A stretch of DNA of 64,000 nt, taken from NCBI GenBank assembly GCA_041740355.1, contig JBGSMD010000005.1, positions 1-64,000 on the forward strand, given 5' to 3'. A program made the position numbers and the translations under genes. How positions within the stretch are numbered: position 1 is the stretch's first letter; each line of letters begins with the position of its first letter. The notes under the pieces are model-generated. The model was not told the origin of the DNA and did no database searches. It worked only from the letters and a program-made list of their open reading frames with translations. Source of the DNA: Bdellovibrionota bacterium (lineage in GTDB: Bacteria > Bdellovibrionota_C > UBA2361 > CALJRW01). Of the stretch, positions 49,732 through 60,550 are shown piece by piece.

Positions 49732-50892
49732 ATGAATTTACACGAATATCAATCTAAACAAGTTTTAAAAAGCTTTGGATTACCAGTACTTAGAGGATAC
49801 CTTTGTTACACTCCTGGTGAAATTGAAGCGGCTGCTGATAATCTGGGTGGTGACATTTGCGTTGTCAAAGCTCAGGTTCATGCTGGTGGTCGAGGAAAAG
49901 CTGGTGGGGTTAAATTAGCTAAGACTAGTGCTGAAGCACGTGAGCTTGGATCTAAAATCTTAGGGATGAGGCTTGTCACTCCGCAAACGGGTGAAGAAGG
50001 GAAGATTGTTCGTAAGGTTTACGTGGAAGATGGTTGTCAGATCGACAAGGAATTATACTTAAGCTTGTTAGTAGATCGCGCTAAGCGTTCCATCGCAATT
50101 ATTGCCTGTGCTGATGGTGGAATGGATATTGAAGAAATTGCGGAACACACTCCAGAAAAAATTATTTCTCGTTTCATCGATCCAAGAGCAGGACTACAAA
50201 GTTTTCAATGCATGGAAATTGCCTTAGCACTGGGTATTGATATTTCTTTAACTAGAAAATTTCAGGATATCTTAACTAAACTTTACCAAGTATTTATCGC
50301 TAAAGATTTAGATCTAATCGAAATCAATCCATTGGTAATTACTAAGTCTGGTGAGTTTGTAATTCTTGACGCTAAATGCTCAGTTGATGACAATGCCTTG
50401 TTTCGTCAACCAGATCTTAAAGAGATGATGGATTATGATGAAATGAATGAGCGTGACTTAGCCGCTTCTAAATTTGATCTAGCGTATGTTGGCCTAGATG
50501 GTGATATTGCTTGCATGGTAAATGGTGCAGGCTTGGCTATGGCCACAATGGACATTATCAAGTTTTCTGGTGGGGAGCCTGCTAACTTTCTGGATGTCGG
50601 TGGTGGAGCTTCGAAAGACAAAGTTGCCGCAGCTTTTAAGATCCTGTTATCTGATAAAAAAGTTAAAGGGATTTTAATTAATATTTTTGGCGGAATTATG
50701 CAGTGTGACGTTCTTGCTAATGGAGTAGTGGAAGCTGCTAAGGAAATCGGAGTTAAGGTTCCACTTGTTGTTCGACTTCAAGGAACAAACGTTAAAGAAG
50801 GTCGGGAAATCTTAGCTAAGTCTGGATTAAATATCGTCGCAGTAGAAACAATGGAACAAGCTGCAAGTCAAATCGTAAGCCTAACTAAATAA
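49732..50892 (+). CDS. sucC: Succinyl-CoA synthetase beta subunit
   Basis: [43 protein letters not shown]. Confidence 0.97.
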   Translation: MNLHEYQSKQVLKSFGLPVLRGYLCYTPGEIEAAADNLGGDICVVKAQVHAGGRGKAGGVKLAKTSAEARELGSKILGMRLVTPQTGEEGKIVRKVYVEDGCQIDKELYLSLLVDRAKRSIAIIACADGGMDIEEIAEHTPEKIISRFIDPRAGLQSFQCMEIALALGIDISLTRKFQDILTKLYQVFIAKDLDLIEINPLVITKSGEFVILDAKCSVDDNALFRQPDLKEMMDYDEMNERDLAASKFDLAYVGLDGDIACMVNGAGLAMATMDIIKFSGGEPANFLDVGGGASKDKVAAAFKILLSDKKVKGILINIFGGIMQCDVLANGVVEAAKEIGVKVPLVVRLQGTNVKEGREILAKSGLNIVAVETMEQAASQIVSLTK

Positions 50893-50900
50893 ATAAAAAA

Positions 50901-51767
50901 ATGAGTATCTTAGTAAATAAAAATAGTCGCATTATCACTCAAGGGATTACTGGAAAATCAGGATCTTTTCATACTAAAGCTTGCCGTGATTACGGAAGTA
51001 AAATGGTAGCAGGGGTTGGCCCAGGAAAAGGGGGAAGTAACTTTGAGGGGATTCCACTTTTTAATACAGTTAAAGAAGCGAAGAAAGCAACTGATGCTGA
51101 CATCAGTGTAATTTATGTTCCACCTCCCTTCGCTGCTGATGCCATCATGGAAGCTGTTGATGCTGAATTAGATTTAGTAATTTGTATTACGGAAGGAATT
51201 CCCGTTCTTGATATGCTTAAAGTTAAAGCATTTATGGACGGTAAGAAAACTCGTTTGATTGGACCAAACTGTCCGGGAGTTATAACTCCTGATGAATGTA
51301 AAATTGGGATCATGCCAGGTCACATTCATAAAAAAGGACGAATCGGTGTTGTCTCAAGAAGTGGAACTCTTACTTATGAAGCAGTGTTTCAATTATCTGA
51401 ATTAGGTCTGGGACAATCAAGCTGTGTAGGTATTGGTGGGGATCCACTAAATGGTACAAACTTTATTGATTGTTTAAGCTTATTCAAAGACGACGAAGAA
51501 ACTGACGCCATTGTAATGATAGGTGAAATCGGTGGAAGTGCGGAAGAAGAAGCTGCTGCTTGGATTAAAGAACATCTTAAAAAACCAGTGGTAAGTTTTA
51601 TTGCTGGAGCTACTGCTCCTAAAGGTCGTAAGATGGGACATGCTGGAGCAATTATCTCTGGTTCTGGTGGAACTGCCGAAGGAAAGTATGCCGCGCTGGA
51701 AGAAGCCGGTGTAAAAATTTCTAAATCTCCAGCCGAGATTGGCAAAATTATGAAATCATTATTGTAG
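50901..51767 (+). CDS. sucD: Succinyl-CoA synthetase alpha subunit
   Basis: [31 protein letters not shown]. Confidence 0.97.
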   Translation: MSILVNKNSRIITQGITGKSGSFHTKACRDYGSKMVAGVGPGKGGSNFEGIPLFNTVKEAKKATDADISVIYVPPPFAADAIMEAVDAELDLVICITEGIPVLDMLKVKAFMDGKKTRLIGPNCPGVITPDECKIGIMPGHIHKKGRIGVVSRSGTLTYEAVFQLSELGLGQSSCVGIGGDPLNGTNFIDCLSLFKDDEETDAIVMIGEIGGSAEEEAAAWIKEHLKKPVVSFIAGATAPKGRKMGHAGAIISGSGGTAEGKYAALEEAGVKISKSPAEIGKIMKSLL

Positions 51768-51771
51768 TAAA

Positions 51772-52761
51772 ATGAAAAAGATTGAATTAGTTGGCTTAGG
51801 AAATGGAATAGTTGATGCCTTAGTGGAAGCAAAGGATGAATTTATTCTAGAACATAATTTAGTCAAATCATCCATGACACTCGTGGATAATGATCGACAA
51901 AGCCAACTACTTTCTGCAGTTCAAGCAGATTATCTTAAAATTGCCTGCGGTGGTTCAGTTTGTAACACAATCTTTACTTTTGCTTCCGTTGGTGGAACTG
52001 CAGGAATGTTAACTTCTATCGGTCAGGATAATTTTGCTAATTTTTATTTAGATCAGTTAAATCTGCATCAAATCTCTCATGATGAGTCAGTTTCTCAATC
52101 AACAGAACCTACTGGTACTTCTTTAATATTTATCTCTCCAGATGGCGAGAGAACAATGTGTACTTGTTTGGCAGCCAGTGCTGAATTTTCTGTCAATCAT
52201 TTATCAAATGATTTGATTGCAAGTGCTAGGTACATGCTGATTGAAGGGTACTTATTAGCAAGTGACCTCGGTTGGGAAGCTGTTAAGAAAGCGATTCAAA
52301 TAGCCAAAGCTAATGATACAAAAATAGTAATGACCCTGTCGGCTGAGTTTATCGTCGCTGTATTTAAAGAGCGACTTGATGAAATTATGCCGCAAGTCGA
52401 TCTGCTTTTTGCAAACGACGGTGAAGCTGGATTGTATTTGGGAATAGCTCAAGCTAGTCTTTGTGCCTTAAAATTTGCCGAGACAATCTCGGAAGTTGTG
52501 ATCACGGATGGTCCGAATGGTTCTTACTATGCTTCTGGAAGTGAATTAATTCATGTTCCTGCAATTTCTTGTCAGCCAGTTGACTTAACTGGAGCAGGAG
52601 ATTCTTTTGCCGCTGGTTTTATGTCTGGAATCACAAAGGGGCTTAGTCCTCAAAAATCTTTGGAATTAGGAACATATCTAGCTTACCGAGTAATAACACA
52701 AGTAGGGGCACGGCTAGACGATTTATCTATTGATGAGTTGCGTAATAAGTCCTATCTATAA
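51772..52761 (+). CDS. PfkB family (adenosine kinase-like) carbohydrate kinase
   Basis: GGSVCNT, PDGERTM, DLTGAGDSFAAG. Confidence 0.9.
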   Translation: MKKIELVGLGNGIVDALVEAKDEFILEHNLVKSSMTLVDNDRQSQLLSAVQADYLKIACGGSVCNTIFTFASVGGTAGMLTSIGQDNFANFYLDQLNLHQISHDESVSQSTEPTGTSLIFISPDGERTMCTCLAASAEFSVNHLSNDLIASARYMLIEGYLLASDLGWEAVKKAIQIAKANDTKIVMTLSAEFIVAVFKERLDEIMPQVDLLFANDGEAGLYLGIAQASLCALKFAETISEVVITDGPNGSYYASGSELIHVPAISCQPVDLTGAGDSFAAGFMSGITKGLSPQKSLELGTYLAYRVITQVGARLDDLSIDELRNKSYL

Positions 52762-52904
52762 GATAGCTCTATATTTAAGCAACTAACAAATTAATATCTA
52801 ATTAGAATTCCGGAAAGCTAAAGCTATTCAGTTTTTAATTTTTAGTCACTTTATGTCTTCTCTCTTCTTTACTGACTAGAGAAAATTTTTTGAAGTTACA
52901 AAGA

Positions 52905-54086
52905 ATGTCTTTCAATATTTTCAAAGTATCATCAAAACTATTTTTACCGATAATCGCAATAATAATTATTTTATTTTTAATTTTTCTTCCAGAGATTATT
53001 GGAATTAAGTCAATCGATAATAGTAAAGAGGAGATTGCCGAGGTTTCAGAAACTGAGCCAGACTTGGATCAAGCAGAAAAACAATTAACGGGTGAAGTCG
53101 CTGAAAACCAAGCTCCGACTCCGAACGACTCAAATGCCGGATTTGAGGGGCTCGGTCTTAAAATTGGACGTTTTTTAAGCGATCGTAGTGGAAAATCTGT
53201 TAAAAGACAGCAAAATAATTCAGCAGTAAGTCAAACTAAGTTTACTTCTACACAACTAAATTCTTGGGAGGCGATAAAAGATCCCCTTGTTCAGAACAAC
53301 TTACAAAATAATTTACAATTACTGGATAAAGTTTTGACTAATGTTAGTGTGCGTTATCAAAGTTCCCGAAAGGAACTTCTTAAGTTCAAACAGATTCTAA
53401 CTTTATTAATTCAGCCAGCAGACGAGAATTCTCCAAAGCCACAAGATTTAATTGATCAATTAGAAAAACAGGATTTACAAGTAACTACTAGCTTACTCCA
53501 AGAGTTAGTTCCTATTAATATTTTAGAACTTTGGGCCATAGTAAATTTAAGTAGTTTTTATGAAAGTAACTTGCCTCAGCGTTTAAAAATATTAACTATC
53601 TCAAGTTTTAATCCGCGACTTCAAATCCACGATGCCACATTTTATCTTGTACAGAATTCGGCAAGTAGCAAGGAATCTAAACTGCAGTCGATTGGCTTAA
53701 ACTTTGCTTTACTTAAGGAAGGGGTTCGTGAGGTTAAGCTTTTCAAGAATAATATTCTTGTTGGAAAAATGGCGCTCAAATCTGATCGGGGAAATAATGA
53801 TTGGTCTACATTTCAGCTTGATGTAACAAGTGGAAAAGATATCTATTCAATATACGCATATGGTAATAATAATCAGATATTTGTAAAGCATTATCGCTTT
53901 TCAGAAAATTTTGAAACTTTGTCGTTGAAGGCGAAAGAAGTTAAGAAGCAAGACAGATTACAGTTATTATATGCTTCAGCAGAAAATAATACTGTTGGTC
54001 AGTTAAATTTGATTGATGAACTATACTCACTAAGACCTAAGGGAAGCCAGGAGGGGATAGATTTAGCCAATATGGAGAAATTTTAG
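52905..54086 (+). CDS. Hypothetical protein with N-terminal membrane anchor
   Basis: Long ORF, single N-terminal TM, no motif recognised; ATG 52905 preferred. Confidence 0.75.
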   Translation: MSFNIFKVSSKLFLPIIAIIIILFLIFLPEIIGIKSIDNSKEEIAEVSETEPDLDQAEKQLTGEVAENQAPTPNDSNAGFEGLGLKIGRFLSDRSGKSVKRQQNNSAVSQTKFTSTQLNSWEAIKDPLVQNNLQNNLQLLDKVLTNVSVRYQSSRKELLKFKQILTLLIQPADENSPKPQDLIDQLEKQDLQVTTSLLQELVPINILELWAIVNLSSFYESNLPQRLKILTISSFNPRLQIHDATFYLVQNSASSKESKLQSIGLNFALLKEGVREVKLFKNNILVGKMALKSDRGNNDWSTFQLDVTSGKDIYSIYAYGNNNQIFVKHYRFSENFETLSLKAKEVKKQDRLQLLYASAENNTVGQLNLIDELYSLRPKGSQEGIDLANMEKF

Positions 54087-54102
54087 CTAAAGCTAAGGAC
54101 AA

Positions 54103-54855
54103 TTAACAATTCTCAGAAATCTTGTACAGTTCTAGAAACTGTTCGTACTTTAAGCTTGCTCCTCCAACAAGTGCCCCAGAAACTCCTTGAACGGCTAGAA
54201 TTTGTTGATAATTATCAGGTTTAACACTACCGCCATATAGGATTGCCGCATTGCAAAATGGCTTTGTGTTTTTAATAATTTCGTTGATTTCTAGGACGGA
54301 ATCCTTAATATCTTGAATTGTTGCCACTTTACCAGTTCCAATTGCCCAAACAGGTTCGTAGGCAAGGATTAATTGATTATGATTTTTTTCATTGATTAAC
54401 TCCATTATCGGCAGAAGTTGATCTTGTAAAACTTTACTGCGATTTCCAGCTTCTTTCTCTGCTAGCGTTTCACCGAAGCAATAAACTAATTTTAGTTGAT
54501 TATCCAAAACACCAGATGAGCGTTTCGTGATTAAATCTTGAGATTCGCCAAGTACATGACGACATTCCGAGTGTCCGGTTAGACTGAAGGCGCAACCAAT
54601 TGCTTGCAACATGGAAGCAGAAACTTCCCCAGTAAAAGCTCCGTCATTTTCTTGATGGGCATTTTGACCACCGATCCATAGATCGCTACTATTACACTCA
54701 GCTATAACAGCTGACATGGCAAGAAAAGTAGGGGCAATCCCAACTTGTGTCCGATTTGAATTCTTAGTTAAAGAAACGTACTGGGAAATTAATTTACTTG
54801 CATCTTCTGGAAGTAGGTTCATTTTCCAGTTGCCAATCAGTAAGTGTTTGCTCAT
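54103..54855 (-). CDS. tpiA: Triosephosphate isomerase
   Basis: GNWKMN, GAFTGE, GHSE, AYEPVWAIGTG, YGGSV, LVGGAS. Confidence 0.97.
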   Translation of the reverse strand: MSKHLLIGNWKMNLLPEDASKLISQYVSLTKNSNRTQVGIAPTFLAMSAVIAECNSSDLWIGGQNAHQENDGAFTGEVSASMLQAIGCAFSLTGHSECRHVLGESQDLITKRSSGVLDNQLKLVYCFGETLAEKEAGNRSKVLQDQLLPIMELINEKNHNQLILAYEPVWAIGTGKVATIQDIKDSVLEINEIIKNTKPFCNAAILYGGSVKPDNYQQILAVQGVSGALVGGASLKYEQFLELYKISENC

Positions 54856-54937
54856 GTTTAATCGATAATAAAAAATTTAATGGAGTAATTAATTCAGCTG
54901 TTACTCGCGTAAGTGCTGATGATCTGAAAATTATAAA

Positions 54938-55092
54938 GCCTCAGCAGATAAAATTTGCGGAGGGTTTGGTATTGTTCACTACCGCAAAACCTGTAGTCCT
55001 CCTCCGCTAAAGTTATGGCGGAGAAGTCAACAGGATTTTGCTCCCTCACCGCCTTTCATTTTTTATCAAAAATGAAAAGCGGTGAGCGCAAA
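54938..55092 (+). repeat. Family D copy 1 (internally deleted; B unit at 54997-55026)
   Basis: Aligns to 60551-60772 and to the reverse complement of 57246-57446. Confidence 0.85.
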
Positions 55093-56106
55093 TTAGAATT
55101 TACTAGCAACTAATTTACAAACATCAAGCATGCGGTTTGAGAACCCCATTTCATTGTCATACCAAGAAACAACCTTCAACATGTTTTTGTTAATTACAAG
55201 AGTGCAATCTGCATCAATGATCGAAGAATGAGTATTTCCGATGTAATCAACAGAAACTAAAGGTTCTTCCGAATAACCTAAAATTCCTTTTAAATTAGTC
55301 TCGGAAGCTTTCTTTAATGCTGCTTTTACTTCTTCCACCGTTGTTTCTTTTTTAACAACACAAACAAAGTCAGTTAAAGAAACATCTGGTGTTGGAACAC
55401 GAACAGAGAATCCATCTACTTTACCTTTTAACTGCGGAAGAACTAATCCTACGGCTTTAGCCGCACCAGTTGTTGTTGGGATCATCGACAAGGCCGCTGC
55501 GCGGGCACGTCTTAAATCTTTATGTGGTAAATCCAAGATACTTTGATCGTTAGTGTAAGAATGAATTGTTGTCATTGTTCCACTAACAATTCCAAAATTC
55601 TCATCTATGACTTTAGCCATTGGTGCTAAGCAATTTGTAGTACAAGAAGCACAACTAATTACATTGTGATTCGCAGGTTCATAAGCTTCACTATTTACAC
55701 CAAAAGCCATTGTCAGATCCGGATCAGCAGAGGGAGCAGAGATTAATACTTTCTTACATCCACCTTGCAAATGCTTACCAGCCAAATCTTTTGTAGTGAA
55801 GATGCCCGTACATTCCAAAACAACATCAACTTCTAGTGATTTCCAAGGTAAGTTAGCCGGATCTCTTTCTGATAAAATTTGAATTTTCTTACCATTAACA
55901 ATGATTGATTTTTCATCATGCGATACTTCGCCTTCAAACTTACCATGGACTGAATCATACTTTAGAAGGTGAGCTAGTGTTCTCGAATCTGTTAAGTCGT
56001 TGATAGCTACAAGTTCAAAGTCGAATTCTTGCTTTCGTTTTTCAAGGCTTCGGAAAACATTACGTCCAATACGTCCAAAACCGTTAATTCCAATTCTTGT
56101 TGTCAT
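55093..56106 (-). CDS. gap: Glyceraldehyde-3-phosphate dehydrogenase
   Basis: GINGFGRIGR, ASCTTNCL, WYDNE; ATG 56106. Confidence 0.97.
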   Translation of the reverse strand: MTTRIGINGFGRIGRNVFRSLEKRKQEFDFELVAINDLTDSRTLAHLLKYDSVHGKFEGEVSHDEKSIIVNGKKIQILSERDPANLPWKSLEVDVVLECTGIFTTKDLAGKHLQGGCKKVLISAPSADPDLTMAFGVNSEAYEPANHNVISCASCTTNCLAPMAKVIDENFGIVSGTMTTIHSYTNDQSILDLPHKDLRRARAAALSMIPTTTGAAKAVGLVLPQLKGKVDGFSVRVPTPDVSLTDFVCVVKKETTVEEVKAALKKASETNLKGILGYSEEPLVSVDYIGNTHSSIIDADCTLVINKNMLKVVSWYDNEMGFSNRMLDVCKLVASKF

Positions 56107-56543
56107 TTTAATTCCTGTAAAATCGTAACAGCTCCACTCCATGTAAACTTCGGGAAGACATTACTTGCTGATTTGATAGCTGCTATTTCTCTAAAGAGAT
56201 TGGCAGCTCTGCTACACCTAAAGTTAAATTTTAGTGGTAGAGATTTATGGTCTAAATAATAGGTGTTAAATGACCTGAGTGTCAATCATCCTAAGTCCTT
56301 TTTTGAAGAAATTTACTATTGAAATTTAGCTACCTAAGCTTGCAAAAAACGATTACAATTTTGAGTGTTTTCTATGCCCAAGCTATTGTGATTTTAAGTT
56401 ACTTATAGCATTATCACTTATAACTAATCCGAGATTAATGTTAAGTATTTTTAATAAATTCTTTAATTTCGGCAAACTAAATACCAATGTTTGTTTTTAT
56501 ACAAAGTAAAATTTTGGTATATTTATTCAAATGTAATTAACTC

Positions 56544-57245
56544 ATGACTACAACTTCAGGCTCTGCCAATATTATCGCGATGGTTCAATCCTCAGGATTG
56601 GTCGTACAATTAGTCTTGTTTATCTTAATTTTTCTTTCAATTTTTAGTTGGGCAATTACTATTTCTAAGATCTTACAATATACAAAAGCACGTAAGACCT
56701 CTAAAGAGTTCGCCAAGATATTTTGGGAATCCCGTAATTTTACTAAAGTTGCCGATGCCTGTGAAGATTTATCAGCGAGTCCCTTAGCGCAAGTTTTTTC
56801 TGCTGGCTACAAAGAGTTATCGAATATCTTAGAAGATGAAAAAGAGAATCAAGCGGATGCTTCACCAACTAGTAAAGAAGCAAAGCTTTCTGTACTAGCT
56901 TCTTCTATGGAAAGATCTCAGTATGAAGAAAGCCTACGTTTAGAACGTGGCTTAACATTCTTGGCAAGTGTTTCTACCGCAGCTCCGTTTATTGGACTCT
57001 TTGGAACGGTCTGGGGGATTATGAATGCTTTCCACGGTCTTAGTCAGTCAACTACAACCAGTATCCAAGCTGTTGCGCCTGGTATTTCCGAAGCCTTAAT
57101 TGCTACAGCAATCGGTTTAGCAGCGGCAATTCCTTCTGCGGTGGCATATAACTATTTCGCAGTAGGTGTAAAAAATTTCCGTGAAAATATGCATAAGTTC
57201 TCTAATGAATTTATCAGTATTGCTGAACGTTATTTTGTTAAATAG
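56544..57245 (+). CDS. tolQ: Tol-Pal system protein TolQ
   Basis: PFIGLFGTVWGIM, APGISEALIATA.GL..AIP; cluster context. Confidence 0.93.
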   Translation: MTTTSGSANIIAMVQSSGLVVQLVLFILIFLSIFSWAITISKILQYTKARKTSKEFAKIFWESRNFTKVADACEDLSASPLAQVFSAGYKELSNILEDEKENQADASPTSKEAKLSVLASSMERSQYEESLRLERGLTFLASVSTAAPFIGLFGTVWGIMNAFHGLSQSTTTSIQAVAPGISEALIATAIGLAAAIPSAVAYNYFAVGVKNFRENMHKFSNEFISIAERYFVK

Positions 57246-57446
57246 TTATACTCCCCGCTTTTCATTTTTGAGAAAAAATGAAAAGAAAGGTGAGCGAGCA
57301 AAATCCTGTCGCAGGCAGGTTTTGCCGTAGAAAATACTACCAAACCCTACGCAACTCGGCGGTGAGTATTGGTTTTGTCTTCTACTGCGCAACTTGGCTA
57401 AAGCCAAGATTACGCTCGCCCTCCACAAATTTTATTTGCGGAGGGT
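57246..57446 (-). repeat. Family D copy 2 (about 200 bp, no B insert)
   Basis: Several hairpins (CTTTTCATTTTT..AAAAATGAAAAG; GCAAAATCCTG..CAGGTTTTGC; CTTGGCT-AA-AGCCAAG; CCCTCC..GGAGGG); homologous to the two other copies. Confidence 0.85.
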
Positions 57447-57480
57447 TTTAGCAAGGTTTACTTTTATTAATTAAAATCAA

Positions 57481-57915
57481 ATGGCAGGCGGACCGACAAG
57501 TTTTGATGGACCAGTTGCAGCAATTAACGTTACTCCTTTAGTGGATGTAATGTTAGTTCTGCTCGTAATTTTCATGGTTACAACACCGATGATTCAACAA
57601 GGTGTAGATGTTAAGTTGCCAAAAGCGGCAACGGGAAATCTTAGTGGCAGTGAAGAGCAGATAGTAGTTTCAATCGATAGCGCAGGAAAAGTATATGTTG
57701 GTAGCGAGAACGAAGTTACCTTAGAAGAACTTAGTCCGAAGATTAAGAAGATCATGGAGTCTAAAAAATCGGCTGGCGATAAAGTTTATGTTAAAGCGGA
57801 CGAAGCGATTGATTATGGTCAAGTCATGAAAGTAATGTCTGCTCTTTACCAAGGTGGTATTACAGAAGTTGGTCTAGTAACTGATTTACCGGAAGGTCCA
57901 CAAGGAACTAAATAG
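57481..57915 (+). CDS. tolR: Tol-Pal system protein TolR
   Basis: INVTPLVDVMLVLLVIFMVT, KAD..YG.VM. Confidence 0.93.
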   Translation: MAGGPTSFDGPVAAINVTPLVDVMLVLLVIFMVTTPMIQQGVDVKLPKAATGNLSGSEEQIVVSIDSAGKVYVGSENEVTLEELSPKIKKIMESKKSAGDKVYVKADEAIDYGQVMKVMSALYQGGITEVGLVTDLPEGPQGTK

Positions 57916-58850
57916 TGTCCTCATATGACGTCAAAGCCAAAGCTGAATATATTAACTTGGGTTTAACTCTTTCAATTCTTCTGCATGCGCTCTTAGTTAT
58001 TCAGATTTTCTCAAAAACAAGTTTTTCAAAAGATAAACTTCCGCCAAAGGTTATTTATTCTGTAAGTGTGGAAGGTGGTAAAAATCTTGGTGGGATTGCA
58101 CAGCTGCCGGACCCAAAAAATAAAGCAGATATCGCACCACCTAAAAAGGTTGCGGAGAAAAAAGCACCACCACCCGTAACTAAAAAAGAAGAAGTTGTTA
58201 TTCCTAAAAAGGAAGAAAAAAAACCAGAAGTTAAGCCAGAAGTAAAACCCGAGCCGAAAAAGGAAGAAGTCCCAGTTATCAAGAAAGAAGAACCAAAGAT
58301 AATTGAACCAAAAAAGGAAGAAGTTAAGAAAGCTGAACCAGTAAAAAAAGAGGAAATTAAAAAAGCTGAGCCTACTAAAACAGAAGAGGTAAAAAAGACC
58401 GCCGATTCAAAGCAGGAAACTAAAACTCCTCCCAAGAAAGAAACAACAAAAGAAGAGAATTATGAAGATGCTCTTCAAAAATACTTAGGAGAATCTACTA
58501 ATGCCGGAGGCCAAGGATTTGGTTCTGCCGGAACTGGTAAAAATGGACTGGGTGGTGGTGTTGTTAAATCACCAGCATGGTTTAAGTACAAAGAAGAGTT
58601 AGAAACCCAGATCAAAAAAGGTTGGAACTGGCATGATTCGGCAAGTCCATTAATCGCAGCTGTTAGCTTCAAAATTAGCCAAACAGGTGAGATTTCTGAT
58701 GTTCGTATTGTTCAGTCATCAGGAGATGGTAAATTTGATGATTCTGCATTACGTGCTGTAACAAAAGCTAGCCCAGTGCCGGCAGCACTTCCTGAGATAT
58801 ACGAAGATTTCAAAGAAGTAATTCTTGATTTTGAACCTGGGAAGTATTAG
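57915..58850 (+). CDS. tolA: TolA/TonB-like energy transducer
   Basis: TM with S..LH motif, Lys/Glu/Pro-rich linker, C-terminal SSG..FD.SA.RAV domain; between tolR and tolB. Confidence 0.85.
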   Translation: MSSYDVKAKAEYINLGLTLSILLHALLVIQIFSKTSFSKDKLPPKVIYSVSVEGGKNLGGIAQLPDPKNKADIAPPKKVAEKKAPPPVTKKEEVVIPKKEEKKPEVKPEVKPEPKKEEVPVIKKEEPKIIEPKKEEVKKAEPVKKEEIKKAEPTKTEEVKKTADSKQETKTPPKKETTKEENYEDALQKYLGESTNAGGQGFGSAGTGKNGLGGGVVKSPAWFKYKEELETQIKKGWNWHDSASPLIAAVSFKISQTGEISDVRIVQSSGDGKFDDSALRAVTKASPVPAALPEIYEDFKEVILDFEPGKY

Positions 58851-59198
58851 TTAGCGAGAAAAAATTGCGATACCATTATTCGCATTAAAAAACAGATACT
58901 AAAACTACTTAAAGTGGAAAATGCAACATACATTGCCGTCAGGACAATTCTTATCAGTTTTTAGTATACTTTATTTGGTTTACTATATTTCCCTCTCTTT
59001 TAAATGTTGCTAATATGATTTCACCGGTGACATTAAAAATTACCTTTTTAAATTTCGTTGCTTACTATATCAAGCTCAACGAGTTTGTAGCGACCTCCAA
59101 GGGTTAATCATCCAGTCTCGGTTTTTATTCGTGGCGCTTTGCCTTAGGTTCAATTCAATATAAAAAATGAGCTAACTTAATTTTATATTTATTAAAAA

Positions 59199-60491
59199 AT
59201 GAAAGTCCAAAAATTCCTAATTCTTATTATTCTCTTTTTCGGTTTGATCCTAGACTTAGGTGCTCAAACCCGCTTATCGGTAAGTGGCTCAAGCCGTTTG
59301 TACCCTCTGGCAGTTCCACAGTTGTGCGGTAAAGGTGCCAGTAGTGAACAAACCAAAGAAGTCGCTCGCGTTATTACCAGAGACTTAACTATGTCTGGCT
59401 ATTTCGATATTCTAAATTCGGAGTCTTATATCGAGACCCCCGGAAAGTGTGGAGATACTTTTGCTTTTACTGATTGGACAGTTCTGGGAGTTGATGGATT
59501 GGTAAAGGGTGAAATTGAGCAGACTGGACAACAAATTAAAGTGCGACTTTTCCTACACGACGTTCAGATTCAAAAATTAGAGTTAGCTAAAGAGTACAGC
59601 GGTGATATTGCTCATATTAGGGACATTGCTCATAAATTTTCCAATGAAGTTTTGAAATATTTTACAGGTGAGTTTGGACCTTTTGGAACCAAAATTGCAT
59701 ATTCTCAAAGAGTTGGACGCTTTAAAGAAATCTTTGTGATGGATTTAGATGGTGCAAATGTTAGACAATTAACCAGTGATAATGGTTTAGCGCTATCAAG
59801 TTCATGGAGTCCGGATCATCAGTCTATTTTGTTTACAAACTTTCAAAATAGACAGCCAGATTTATTTTCCATTGGATATGCTACTCGTCGCCAACAAAAA
59901 ATAACAAATACGGTTCAGCAAGAATTAGGTGGGAAATTTAGTCCTGATGGCAGTAAGATCATTATTGCTCGTTCTGAAGGACAAAAATCAGACATTCTTT
60001 TGTTAGACAAGAGTGGTCGAGAATTAAGTAAACTCACTCGAAATTATGCTAGTATTGATGTTTCCCCAGACTGGTCTCCAGACGGAACTAGAATCGTATT
60101 TACCTCTAACCGATCGGGCGGACCTCAAATTTACACGATGTCAGCTGATGGTTCAGGAGCAAAAAGGGTTAGCTATGTATCTTCTAACTATTGTACTAGT
60201 CCAGTTTGGTCTCCAAAGGGAGAAAAAATTGCCTATGTCTGTCGTTCCGAAGGCAAACATAACGTTTTTGTTAGTAATGCAGATGGAACTCAGCCAAGCC
60301 AATTGACTTCAAGCGGAAGTAACGAAGATCCTTCTTGGTCTCCAGATGGGCGTTATTTAGTTTTCTCTTCCACAGCTTTTGGCAGTGTTTATCAACTTGG
60401 AATGATTCGTTTGGATGGAGCTAATTTAATCCAAGTTAATCAGAGCCAGTCAGGTAGCTTTGATCCTAGCTGGTCGAGCTGGATTAACTAG
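59199..60491 (+). CDS. tolB: Tol-Pal beta-propeller protein TolB
   Basis: Signal peptide, TolB_N (AHKFSNEV), repeated WSPDG (PD40). Confidence 0.93.
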   Translation: MKVQKFLILIILFFGLILDLGAQTRLSVSGSSRLYPLAVPQLCGKGASSEQTKEVARVITRDLTMSGYFDILNSESYIETPGKCGDTFAFTDWTVLGVDGLVKGEIEQTGQQIKVRLFLHDVQIQKLELAKEYSGDIAHIRDIAHKFSNEVLKYFTGEFGPFGTKIAYSQRVGRFKEIFVMDLDGANVRQLTSDNGLALSSSWSPDHQSILFTNFQNRQPDLFSIGYATRRQQKITNTVQQELGGKFSPDGSKIIIARSEGQKSDILLLDKSGRELSKLTRNYASIDVSPDWSPDGTRIVFTSNRSGGPQIYTMSADGSGAKRVSYVSSNYCTSPVWSPKGEKIAYVCRSEGKHNVFVSNADGTQPSQLTSSGSNEDPSWSPDGRYLVFSSTAFGSVYQLGMIRLDGANLIQVNQSQSGSFDPSWSSWIN

Positions 60492-60550
60492 CAGTTAAAA
60501 TATGATTAATGGAGGCGGAGGTCTATTTTACACCGCATTCTTTAATTTAA

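Noticed and set aside
51389-51832. 147-aa antisense ORF over sucD, and other short antisense or alternate-frame ORFs in the track
   Set aside because: Fully overlap well-conserved genes; typical shadow ORFs
57246-57428. 60-aa ORF between tolQ and tolR, and similar ORFs at 54798-55010 and 33077-33307
   Set aside because: They coincide with palindromic repeats or overlap real genes; likely spurious
58055-58435. 126-aa antisense ORF and apparent tandem repeats in tolA
   Set aside because: Shadow of the low-complexity KKEE/KPEV linker that is normal for TolA/TonB proteins
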